Of a stretch of DNA of 64,000 nt, positions 28,253 through 36,838 are shown one piece after another (positions within the stretch are counted from its first letter, which is position 1; each line of letters opens with the position of its first letter). The notes under the pieces were generated by a model. That model was not told where the DNA came from. It saw only the letters and a list, made by a program, of their open reading frames with translations, and did not search any database. A program made the position numbers and the translations under genes. Source of the stretch: an uncultured Gammaproteobacteria bacterium (GTDB lineage: Bacteria > Patescibacteriota > Microgenomatia > UBA8517); NCBI GenBank assembly GCA_964599625.1, contig CAZRGC010000001.1:179388-243387 (forward strand), read 5' to 3'.

Positions 28253-30277
28253 ATGGACGATGTTGTCATTCCAAAAATAGATCCCAACAAAAACAAAGCA
28301 GATGCGTCAGTCTTGGTTCCTGAAAATCAAGCTGAGGTTTTGAATCAAGTTAAACCGAATTCACAAACCAATACGACAGTTCCAGAATCCGGTGAAATTT
28401 CCAAAAAACCATTCTCAAAAAACAAAACAATTTGGCTTTCAGTAGGCGCATTATTTCTTGTTTTTATTTTCTACAACCTTGTTGCCATCTATTTGGTATA
28501 CCAAAACGCATTAAAGGTTGTTGACTCAGGAAAAAAACTCCAAACTTATGTGCAAGAGAAGGACCTTGTAAAAATCAAAACTGGACTGGATTCCACCAAA
28601 AAAGAGGTTTTGGGTTTAAGATCAAAAGTGGGTTTACTCAGCTGGGCTAAAATACTTCCTGTCGTAGGCGGTTTCGTAAGTGATGCAGGGCATGGCCTAA
28701 ATGCCGCGGTTGCGGGCATTGATGCGGGCGACGTCGTCATTTCTGCCGCCGCACCTTACTCGGATTTATTGGGACTGGGTGGAACTGAACCAAAAACTTC
28801 CGAACAGTCAACACAAGAAAGAATCGACTTTGTTTTAAAAACAATACCCGATCTGATACCCAAGATAGATGAAATATCCGGCAAAGTTTCAACAGTAAAC
28901 GAAGAGCTTTCAAAAATAGATGCCGAGCGATATCCGGAGAAGTATAAAGGGCAGGTGGTAAGATCAAAAATCAAAACTGTTCAAAGTATTGCTTCGGAGG
29001 TTTCAATGTTTTTGACAAACGGAAAACCCGTTCTTGAGTCGGCACCATATCTTTTGGGAATGGAGTCACCAAGAAACTACCTGATACTTTTCCAAAACGA
29101 CAAAGAACTCCGGCCGACTGGCGGGTTTCTAACTGCCTACGCGATTATGAAAGTTGATAAGGCTAAGTTTGAGCCCGTATCTTCAAATGACATTTACAAC
29201 CTGGATGCACTTTATAAGCCGTCCATTCCGGCACCGGACCCAATTGTTAAATACATTAAAGGTCCGTACATTTTGTCAAAGAATCTGAGGCTAAGGGATA
29301 TGAATTGGTCTCCTGACTTCCCGCAGAGTATGGATATGTTTTCCGCTGCTGCCAAAGAGGCCGGTGTTAAGGGTGTAGACGGAATAATTGCGGTCGACAC
29401 TCATCTTTTGGAAAACATTTTGGATGTAATTGGCCCAATTGGTGTTCCAGGTTTTGGAAACTTCAGTACTGAAATCGATCCGGAATGTAACTGTTCTCAA
29501 GTCATTCATGAATTGGAAAGTTTTGCTGACGTAGAAGGACCTATTGTTTGGGATCCGGTCAGTGGGAAGATTGTCTATAAACCCAAAAATGCGGATAACA
29601 GAAAAAAAATCATAGGACCGCTCATGAATTCAATTTTGGCAAACGCGCTAGGACAGCCTAAAGAAAAGTTGCCGGATCTGGTTGCGGCTGTTTTTACTTC
29701 TCTTATTGAAAAACATGTTTTGTTCTATATAGACGAAGCAAACGTTCAAAAAGCCATGTCAGACTTCGGCCTTGCCGGAAAAGTAAAAGACTACGATGGA
29801 GACTATCTTCATATTAATGACGCAAATCTAGGAGGAAGAAAATCCAACCTTTATGCAACAGAAGAAGTTGAACAAGTAGTAAATGTTGCGAAGGATGGTG
29901 GCGTCACAAAAACTGTAACAATTACATACAAAAATCCTGAAAAACATGATGGCTGGTTGAACTCGGTGCTTCCAACATGGGTAAGAGTTTACGTTCCCAA
30001 GGGAAGTGAGCTTATTGCTGCAGAAGGTTTGGAGACAACCCAGGACCCGTATGAGGATTTGGGTAAGACAGTTTATGCTGGATTTTTTCAACTAAGGCCG
30101 GAAGGTGTTTCAAAGATTACTTTCAAATACAAACTGCCGTTTAAAGTTACAGAAACATACAAGATGCTAATTCAAAAACAACCTGGTACCGATGGGTTTT
30201 TGTATACTGTTAAAGTTGGTAAAAAGCAGGATGAGTTTTTCCTCAAAACAGACAAGGAGATCAAGATTGATCTTTAG
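28253..30277 (+). CDS. DUF4012-domain membrane-anchored protein
   Basis: Single TM, helical stalk, YLILFQNDKELRPTGGF signature, RDMNWSPDFP, C-terminal beta domain ending IQKQPG. Confidence 0.82.
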   Translation: MDDVVIPKIDPNKNKADASVLVPENQAEVLNQVKPNSQTNTTVPESGEISKKPFSKNKTIWLSVGALFLVFIFYNLVAIYLVYQNALKVVDSGKKLQTYVQEKDLVKIKTGLDSTKKEVLGLRSKVGLLSWAKILPVVGGFVSDAGHGLNAAVAGIDAGDVVISAAAPYSDLLGLGGTEPKTSEQSTQERIDFVLKTIPDLIPKIDEISGKVSTVNEELSKIDAERYPEKYKGQVVRSKIKTVQSIASEVSMFLTNGKPVLESAPYLLGMESPRNYLILFQNDKELRPTGGFLTAYAIMKVDKAKFEPVSSNDIYNLDALYKPSIPAPDPIVKYIKGPYILSKNLRLRDMNWSPDFPQSMDMFSAAAKEAGVKGVDGIIAVDTHLLENILDVIGPIGVPGFGNFSTEIDPECNCSQVIHELESFADVEGPIVWDPVSGKIVYKPKNADNRKKIIGPLMNSILANALGQPKEKLPDLVAAVFTSLIEKHVLFYIDEANVQKAMSDFGLAGKVKDYDGDYLHINDANLGGRKSNLYATEEVEQVVNVAKDGGVTKTVTITYKNPEKHDGWLNSVLPTWVRVYVPKGSELIAAEGLETTQDPYEDLGKTVYAGFFQLRPEGVSKITFKYKLPFKVTETYKMLIQKQPGTDGFLYTVKVGKKQDEFFLKTDKEIKIDL

Positions 30278-30295
30278 TCTTGATATAATGGCCTA

Positions 30296-30841
30296 ATGAG
30301 TTTAATGACCTATACTTCTAGGGGCGTTGTGTTGTTCACAAGAGATATCGGAGAGGCCGACAGGGTAGTGACCATATTCTCAGACAAATTTGGTAAAAAA
30401 GCACTTTTGGCAAAAGGGGTTCGTAAACTTTCAAGCAGAAAACGGGGACACCTGAAACCGTTCAACTGTGTAACTTTTACTGCAGTATCCGGAAAGTCGA
30501 TGGATTTGATAACAGAAACAACATCATTGAATGAATTTGGAGTAATTGGGACAAGTTTAAACAAAATGACTTTAGCATTTTATATATGTGAAATAGTTGC
30601 AAAAACCACCAATGAAGGGGAACCAAACAGTGAAGTTTTTGACCATTTGATGTCGACCCTAAGTAGGATAGAGGCTTCAAAAAAGCTTAAGGAAGTAAGA
30701 TTAGATTTTGTTGTCGGCCTCCTTGAGATTTTGGGTTACATTCCAAAAAACGAGGTTTTTGGCGACCCCTTCGTTCTATTAGAAAACGTCATCGAGAAAC
30801 AGGTATATTCCGAAAGAGTAGGAAAAAGGGTGTTACAATAA
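30296..30841 (+). CDS. recO: DNA repair protein RecO (short form, no C-terminal Zn module)
   Basis: GVVL...GEADRVVTIFS..FGK....AKGVRK..SRKRGHL, LEILGY. Confidence 0.9.
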   Translation: MSLMTYTSRGVVLFTRDIGEADRVVTIFSDKFGKKALLAKGVRKLSSRKRGHLKPFNCVTFTAVSGKSMDLITETTSLNEFGVIGTSLNKMTLAFYICEIVAKTTNEGEPNSEVFDHLMSTLSRIEASKKLKEVRLDFVVGLLEILGYIPKNEVFGDPFVLLENVIEKQVYSERVGKRVLQ

Positions 30842-30853
30842 AACAACTCCGGT

Positions 30854-31579
30854 ATGGAAAATATTTTGTCGGTAAAAAATCTCACAGTAAAATTTAATTC
30901 TCACAAAGTGCTGGACGATGTCACGTTTGACGTCGAAAGAGATTCTACTATTGCCATAATTGGCCCCAACGGAGCCGGTAAATCTGTGCTTTTTAAAGCA
31001 TTGCTTGGACTTGTGGAATATGATGGTGATGTTGAGTGGGCCAAGGATATAAAAATAGGCTATGTTCCACAAAAACTTTCTTTACCAAAAGATTTGCCGC
31101 TTACCGTACTTGAATTTTTAAGTTTTAAGGAAAAAAGTAAAGAAGTTATTTTAGCGACTTTAAGATCCGTCGGCTTTTTGGAAACTTCCGTTCACCCCCA
31201 CAATGACAAGCGGGTTCTCAATACAAAAGTAGGAAATCTATCCGGGGGCGAGTTGCAAAGAGTGCTTATTGCTTACGCACTACTGGGCGACCCAAACATT
31301 TTGCTTTTCGACGAACCGACTGCGGGTGTTGATGTTGGCGGAGAAGAAACTGTTTATGGCCTAATTCATAAGTTACAAAAAGATGACGACCTCACAATAA
31401 TTTTCATATCCCACGAATTACAAGTTGTCTACCATTATGCTGACACAGTTCTATGTCTTAACAAAGAAAAAATATGTTACGGACCACCTGTTGATGTTAT
31501 TGACAGATCAGCACTCAAAAAGATGTATGGTGAAAAGGTAATGATGTACAAACATCACGATCATAGTCATGGACAATAA
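30854..31579 (+). CDS. znuC: Zn/Mn ABC transporter ATP-binding subunit
   Basis: GPNGAGKS, IGYVPQK, LSGGELQR, LLFDEP, ISHEL, His-rich C-terminus. Confidence 0.88.
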   Translation: MENILSVKNLTVKFNSHKVLDDVTFDVERDSTIAIIGPNGAGKSVLFKALLGLVEYDGDVEWAKDIKIGYVPQKLSLPKDLPLTVLEFLSFKEKSKEVILATLRSVGFLETSVHPHNDKRVLNTKVGNLSGGELQRVLIAYALLGDPNILLFDEPTAGVDVGGEETVYGLIHKLQKDDDLTIIFISHELQVVYHYADTVLCLNKEKICYGPPVDVIDRSALKKMYGEKVMMYKHHDHSHGQ

Positions 31580-32336
31580 TTTACTAATACTGGCTATTGT
31601 TGGAACTTTTGTCGGGGCTTCCTCGGGATATTTGGGAAGTTTTATGGTTCTCAAGCGTATGTCTTTGGTTGGTGACGCCTTGAGCCATGTTGCCTTACCG
31701 GGAATAGCGGTCGCCCTGACATTTGGAATAAATCCCATGCTGGGTGCTTTTGTTGCACTTTTTCTTGCGACATTTGCAATATGGTATTTATCCGAAAATT
31801 CGGAGATATATCCTGAAGCGCTGGTTGGCGTCTTTTTTACTGCAAGCCTTTCTTTGGGTCTTTTGATTACACCAGAGCCGGAGCTCCTTGAGGCTTTGTT
31901 TGGAGACATTGATAAAATTAACGGAGTTGACGCGCTGTTTGTAGTCCTTGGAAGTATTTTGATATTTACCATAACACATAGAATTTCTAAAAAACTTATT
32001 CTGGGTGTTGTATCAGAGGATTTGGCAAGATCTCAGGGGATAAGCACTTCTAAGATAAATCTTGTTTATCTGTTAATGGTTTCCTTGGCTGTTACTATTG
32101 GTGTCAAATTTTTAGGAACACTTTTGACGGGGGCTTTGGTGATTATACCGGCTGTTACCGCAAAGAACCTTTCTGAAAGTATCAAATCTTTCCAGATTGT
32201 TGCCGTTTTTACAGGTATAATATCTGCACTTTTTGGAATAGTGATTTCGAAATTTTTTGGAATATCTTCGGGTCCTGCCATAATACTTACTTCTGTTGCA
32301 CTCTTTGCTTTTAGTTACCTTTACAAAAGAAACTAG
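31569..32336 (+). CDS. znuB: Zn/Mn ABC transporter permease (ABC-3)
   Basis: GDALSHVALPG, LFGDI, LGTLL..ALVIIPA, SGPAII. Confidence 0.88.
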   Translation: MDNNLLILAIVGTFVGASSGYLGSFMVLKRMSLVGDALSHVALPGIAVALTFGINPMLGAFVALFLATFAIWYLSENSEIYPEALVGVFFTASLSLGLLITPEPELLEALFGDIDKINGVDALFVVLGSILIFTITHRISKKLILGVVSEDLARSQGISTSKINLVYLLMVSLAVTIGVKFLGTLLTGALVIIPAVTAKNLSESIKSFQIVAVFTGIISALFGIVISKFFGISSGPAIILTSVALFAFSYLYKRN

Positions 32337-32386
32337 CTTGCTTCTTTTTTACTGCTTATATAAAATCAATACACTATTTTTTTGAA

Positions 32387-32992
32387 ATGTTTGAAGTTTT
32401 TTTTGATACAGAGACAAAAAAGTTTTTCGATGAAATTGCTACAAACGACCCGGCGCTTTTGGGTGTTTCCATAACCTCGGTTTATTGGCGCAAGCTCGAC
32501 AGCGATTTAAAACAGATAGAAGGAGGTATGGTAAGTTTTTGGGAAAAGGATTTTGACGAGATGTTTAAACTTTTTGAAAAAGCGGACAGGATTGTGGGTT
32601 TTAATTCATTAACCTTTGACATTCCGGCATTGTCACCATATCTTCCGGCGCATTGGCCCAAACTCAAGCATTTTGATATTTTGGATGAACTAAAAAAAGC
32701 CGAAGGCAAACGAGCCTCTTTGGACGCAATCGCAAAAGCAACACTTCAGTCAGCAAAAAACGACTCAGGTGAGAACGCAGTTAAATACTGGAATGCAGGT
32801 GACCCTGAATCATTGGCCAAACTTCAAAAGTATTGCGAAATGGATGTTGCCATAACGAGAGATGTTTATGACCACGTTGTTTATAAAGGTTTTTTAAAAT
32901 ACAAAGATTATTGGAATGAGATACACGAAGTAAAGTTAGATTTTTCATATCCCAAAAATTCAGAGTCCAACATTCAGACAAGTTTGTTTTAA
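32387..32992 (+). CDS. RNase H-like DEDDy 3'-5' exonuclease (YprB/MrfB-like, RNase_H_2)
   Basis: ExoI FDTET, ExoII GFNSLTFD, SLD, ExoIII YCEMDV. Confidence 0.85.
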   Translation: MFEVFFDTETKKFFDEIATNDPALLGVSITSVYWRKLDSDLKQIEGGMVSFWEKDFDEMFKLFEKADRIVGFNSLTFDIPALSPYLPAHWPKLKHFDILDELKKAEGKRASLDAIAKATLQSAKNDSGENAVKYWNAGDPESLAKLQKYCEMDVAITRDVYDHVVYKGFLKYKDYWNEIHEVKLDFSYPKNSESNIQTSLF

Positions 32993-33002
32993 TATTTTAT
33001 TA

Positions 33003-33389
33003 ATGGATTTTAAAAAAACAAAAAAAGAATTAACAAAGGAGCAATACAACGTCTGCTTTCTCAAAGGAACTGAGCCGCCCGGCTCCGGTAAATATCTTCA
33101 CAATAACGAGACCGGAACATACAACTGTACCGTTTGTGGCCAGAAATTGTTTGAGTCAGAAACAAAATACGATTCAGGTACCGGTTGGCCTTCTTTTTGG
33201 GACATGGCAGACAGTGGTGCTATCAAAAAAGAAGTTGACAACTCTCACGGAATGACACGAACAGAAGTTTTGTGTTCAAAATGCGGATCGCATTTGGGAC
33301 ATGTTTTTGACGACGGACCGCAAGACAAAACCGGTTTACGATATTGTATCAACTCGCTTTCTTTAGAGTTCACTAAAAAAACTGAATAA
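33003..33389 (+). CDS. msrB: Peptide-methionine (R)-S-oxide reductase
   Basis: GTEPP, CTVC, KYDSGTGWPSF, RTEVLCSKC.SHLGHVFDDGP, RYCINS. Confidence 0.97.
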   Translation: MDFKKTKKELTKEQYNVCFLKGTEPPGSGKYLHNNETGTYNCTVCGQKLFESETKYDSGTGWPSFWDMADSGAIKKEVDNSHGMTRTEVLCSKCGSHLGHVFDDGPQDKTGLRYCINSLSLEFTKKTE

Positions 33390-33390
33390 C

Positions 33391-34224
33391 ATGCAAAAAG
33401 ACAAATATAAGGCGACTTGGGTTTCCCACTCTTCTATATCTGATTTTTTAAAGTGCCCCAGACTTTATTTTTTGAGAAATGTTTACAAAGACCCAAAAAC
33501 AGGGAACAAAATGACTATCACTTCCCCACCTTTGGTTTTGGGACAGGCAGTCCACGAAGTAGTTGAATCTTTGTCATCTTTGCCGGCGGAAGAAAGATTG
33601 AAAATATCTCTTATCAAAAAGTTTGATCTTGGGTGGACAAAATTTGTCGGCAAGAAGGGTGGGTTCAAAAATCATACCGAAGAAGTTGAATACAGAGACA
33701 GAGGTGTTGCCATGTTAAGAACTATTGAAGAAAATCCTGGGCCGATACTCAGAAAAGCAATTAAAATAAAATCTGAGATGGGGCTGCCTAACTATTTTAT
33801 TTCTGAAGAAGATAATATAATCCTTTGCGGAAAAATTGACTGGTTGGAATATTTGGAGGATCTGGACGGCGTTCATATCGTAGACTTTAAAACAGGAAAA
33901 AATGAGGAAAGTGACGATTCACTTCAGCTCCCGATTTACTTGTTAATTGCATCCAACACTCAGTCCAAAAAAGTGGCAAAAGCAAGCTACTGGTATCTGG
34001 AAAAGGGTGGGGATCTGACCGCAAAAAACTTACCCACGGCTACCGATGCGTTTGAAAAAGTTATCACAGTCGCAAGGAGAATAAAACTTGCAAGGCAAAT
34101 AAATCATATGAAATGTCCCAGTGGAGGATGTTTTGCCTGTAGGCCATATGAACGAATATTAAACGGCGAAGGGGAGAAAGTAGGTGTTAGTGAAACCCGG
34201 CAAGATGTTTATATACTGCCCTAA
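33391..34224 (+). CDS. Stand-alone PD-(D/E)XK nuclease, RecB/AddB/Cas4-like
   Basis: SHSSISDFLKCP, GQAVH, GKIDW, IVDFKTG, QLPIY, C-terminal CPSGGCFAC. Confidence 0.88.
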   Translation: MQKDKYKATWVSHSSISDFLKCPRLYFLRNVYKDPKTGNKMTITSPPLVLGQAVHEVVESLSSLPAEERLKISLIKKFDLGWTKFVGKKGGFKNHTEEVEYRDRGVAMLRTIEENPGPILRKAIKIKSEMGLPNYFISEEDNIILCGKIDWLEYLEDLDGVHIVDFKTGKNEESDDSLQLPIYLLIASNTQSKKVAKASYWYLEKGGDLTAKNLPTATDAFEKVITVARRIKLARQINHMKCPSGGCFACRPYERILNGEGEKVGVSETRQDVYILP

Positions 34225-34505
34225 GAACTTCTGAATGGTTGTGTTGTGAACCATACTTTTTGATCCAGGATTTTACTGTCGACAATATGATTTTTGCCTT
34301 TTCTCGGGTAAACCAGGTCGATTTGATGATTCTCCACAAAAAAGTTTTTGTGCCCAATTACCTGGCCTCTTAAGACAAAATTGCCGATCCTGGTTTTATC
34401 ATTACCGACAAACACAGGTTTCCTGCAGGTCTCGCAGTAGGCGACCACATTGTCGCCTGGTTCAAGTTCAAAGTAGGGAATTTCTGCTGGCTCTCGTTCA
34501 TTCAT
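34221..34505 (-). CDS. Small hypothetical protein, possible C2H2-type Zn-binding
   Basis: CETC...H-x7-H; own extended -10 (TGTTAGAAT) 7 nt upstream of the ATG; fills the gap between genes. Confidence 0.65.
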   Translation of the reverse strand: MNEREPAEIPYFELEPGDNVVAYCETCRKPVFVGNDKTRIGNFVLRGQVIGHKNFFVENHQIDLVYPRKGKNHIVDSKILDQKVWFTTQPFRSS

Positions 34506-34524
34506 GGCGGTAATTCTAACACAC

Positions 34525-35046
34525 TTACTTAGTTATCTGGGAAAATTCTTTTTTTAGTTTCTCTATTTTTGGATCTATGACAATGCGACAATATGCGTTG
34601 GATCTGTTTTTAAAGTAGTAATCTTTATGTTCCGGTTCTGCCGGGAAAAAATTCTTATATTTTGTAATTTCGGTTACAACTTGATTTTTATAGTCATTGG
34701 AAATTTCACTTTTAATTTTTTCTGCAACCTTTCTTTGCTCTTCATCAACGTAAAAGATTGCAGACCTGTACTGAGTGCCAATATCTGCCCCTTGCCTGTT
34801 TAACTCTGTTGGGTCGTGTAGTTTGAAAAACACCCTAAGGATATCTTCGAGTTTAATTATATTGGGGTTGAAGGTTACAAAAACACACTCTGCATGGTTG
34901 GTCTCACCGGAGGCCACCTGGTAATACCCTGGGTTTTGAATATCACCCCCGGAATACCCGGGTATTGCGTCAATAACACCTTTTAGTGATTTAAATATAG
35001 CTTCTGTACACCAGAAACACCCGCCGGCGAGAATTATATTTTCCAT
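34525..35046 (-). CDS. msrA: Peptide-methionine (S)-S-oxide reductase
   Basis: AGGCFWCTE, GYSGG, HAE, HDPT.LNRQG.DIGTQYRSAIF, AE.EH.DY, YC. Confidence 0.97.
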   Translation of the reverse strand: MENIILAGGCFWCTEAIFKSLKGVIDAIPGYSGGDIQNPGYYQVASGETNHAECVFVTFNPNIIKLEDILRVFFKLHDPTELNRQGADIGTQYRSAIFYVDEEQRKVAEKIKSEISNDYKNQVVTEITKYKNFFPAEPEHKDYYFKNRSNAYCRIVIDPKIEKLKKEFSQITK

Positions 35047-35048
35047 TT

Positions 35049-35699
35049 TTATCCGTTGACTCTTGATGAATAAGTAAACATAAATTTTTTAATTGAATTT
35101 CCTTGTTCAGTATTAAAGATTGTAAGGCCTTTGTCGTTTTTATCGGCTATCGGACTTTGGTATTCTGGACCATTAAGACTTCTTTCAACCGCATAAGGAT
35201 CCGGCCAACTGCCACCGTCTCTGTGAGTAATATAGTTTATAACTTTTTCCAATGTGGGCTCAGCTATTATTTTTAGTGCATAATAATCACTTTTTGAAGT
35301 GTTGTGGTTTCCAGGCGAAGCTGCATACCAGATACCGTCAACACTCTCCATAACCACATATGTGTGATAAAAAAGTGTTCCTTGTCTGCCAACTATCATT
35401 CTAGACACATTTGAAGATTGTGGTAAATCATAAGACGTCATCAAAAACATTTTTTTATATGTTTCCGGGAATCTTGTTGCTAAAACATATGCAGCATCGA
35501 TAGATGAGCGTTCGCAAGTACCCTTAGATGCTTCATGAATTGCTTTATTTAAAGCTCTTGTTTTGAAAAATCTTGGTGATGTAACAGGATTTTCCTTAAG
35601 GTGCTCATTGATATTTGCCGCATAAGCTATGGCAACAGCTTCCGAAAACGCCGCAAGAGGTGTTGCTTTTTGATTTTCGGGAGCGTTTTTTGATTCCAT
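35049..35699 (-). CDS. Hypothetical protein, possible transglutaminase/papain-like fold
   Basis: GTCERSS helix start, YHTYVV strand, GIWYAASP; TAATG-coupled to the LCP gene. Confidence 0.55.
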   Translation of the reverse strand: MESKNAPENQKATPLAAFSEAVAIAYAANINEHLKENPVTSPRFFKTRALNKAIHEASKGTCERSSIDAAYVLATRFPETYKKMFLMTSYDLPQSSNVSRMIVGRQGTLFYHTYVVMESVDGIWYAASPGNHNTSKSDYYALKIIAEPTLEKVINYITHRDGGSWPDPYAVERSLNGPEYQSPIADKNDKGLTIFNTEQGNSIKKFMFTYSSRVNG

Positions 35700-36751
35700 T
35701 AAATGTTGGTTTTGATATAAGTTTTGACTTCGGAAAAGTTAAGGTTTCCTGCTTTTGGCATAAGTATAAATTGACCGTCAGAACTTTTTCCGGAAACAAG
35801 CACGTTTTCTGTAGTAATTTGCACTCTTTTTATAGTGTAGGCTCTGGGGTCGCCAAAATCTGATATTAAAGTTTTAATTACCCCGATATTAATATCGGTT
35901 TTAACCATTTTGGATAGTGTGTCAATTATTTCATCAAGTTTTCCGGCACTTTGGGCAGATGTCAGTTTTGTAAGAATACCTTCCAGTATTGCAAACTGTC
36001 TCAAGCTTCTGCCAAAATCGCTGTCACCATGGCGGGATCTTGATAATTTGAGAGCTGTTGTCCCGTTTACTTTGGTTGGACCTTTTCCATAACTTAATGT
36101 CTCGTATCTGCATTTAAACTGAGTCTCGAGTGCATAACCAGTGTATTTGGTTTTTAAGGTCTCTATTTCTTGTGCAGTAAATCCGCAGGTGTTATTTTCC
36201 TGTCCGGCGATGGGGTAGAAAGGGTCTTCGAACGCGACCGGAATATTTACCTCGATACCGCCAAGGCTGTCTATTAATTTTACAAAATTGCCAAAATCTA
36301 TGGAAACATAATAATTGATCGGAATCCCCGTGACACTTTGGACAACCCCTCCCACGTTTTGATAACCAACCTGCACCCCGACTGAATTTATTTTGTGATT
36401 TCCCGTAACCCACAGATCTCTTGGTATTGATATTAACCCGACCGACTTTTTACCGGTGTCAACATTAATCACTATTATGCTATCTGTTAAGGCCCCTCCT
36501 GAATGTCCGGACCCTCCATGACCCAAAAGCAAAAAGTTGTATACACCTTTTTGGGGATTAACTTCGTTTACCGGTGCGGGTGTAGCCTCGTTAAACGGTT
36601 GCATTACGTTTTCGTCATTTGGCACCGGAGTAGGTTTTACGTATATTTTTGACAACTTAAGCCCAAGATAAGAAACATAGAAACCAAGGATGAATATCCC
36701 GGTAAGTAAAACACCTATTTGGAGATCTTGAAGATTGATTTTAATTCTCAT
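35699..36751 (-). CDS. LytR-CpsA-Psr (LCP) family glycopolymer transferase
   Basis: N-terminal TM, NFLLLG, LTDSII, ISIPRDLW, IDF..FVKLIDSLGGIEV, SRSRH, DFGRSLRQ; ATG 36751 preferred. Confidence 0.92.
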   Translation of the reverse strand: MRIKINLQDLQIGVLLTGIFILGFYVSYLGLKLSKIYVKPTPVPNDENVMQPFNEATPAPVNEVNPQKGVYNFLLLGHGGSGHSGGALTDSIIVINVDTGKKSVGLISIPRDLWVTGNHKINSVGVQVGYQNVGGVVQSVTGIPINYYVSIDFGNFVKLIDSLGGIEVNIPVAFEDPFYPIAGQENNTCGFTAQEIETLKTKYTGYALETQFKCRYETLSYGKGPTKVNGTTALKLSRSRHGDSDFGRSLRQFAILEGILTKLTSAQSAGKLDEIIDTLSKMVKTDINIGVIKTLISDFGDPRAYTIKRVQITTENVLVSGKSSDGQFILMPKAGNLNFSEVKTYIKTNI

Positions 36752-36838
36752 TGAATAATTAGTAATTATACTCGTACAAATAACAAAATGCCTCGCATCT
36801 GGGTGGAAAGAATAACTATATTGCAATATAATTGACCC

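Noticed and set aside
33391-34224. Cas4 gene or CRISPR-Cas locus
   Set aside because: No cas1/cas2 and no repeat-spacer array seen in the window; treated as a solo nuclease
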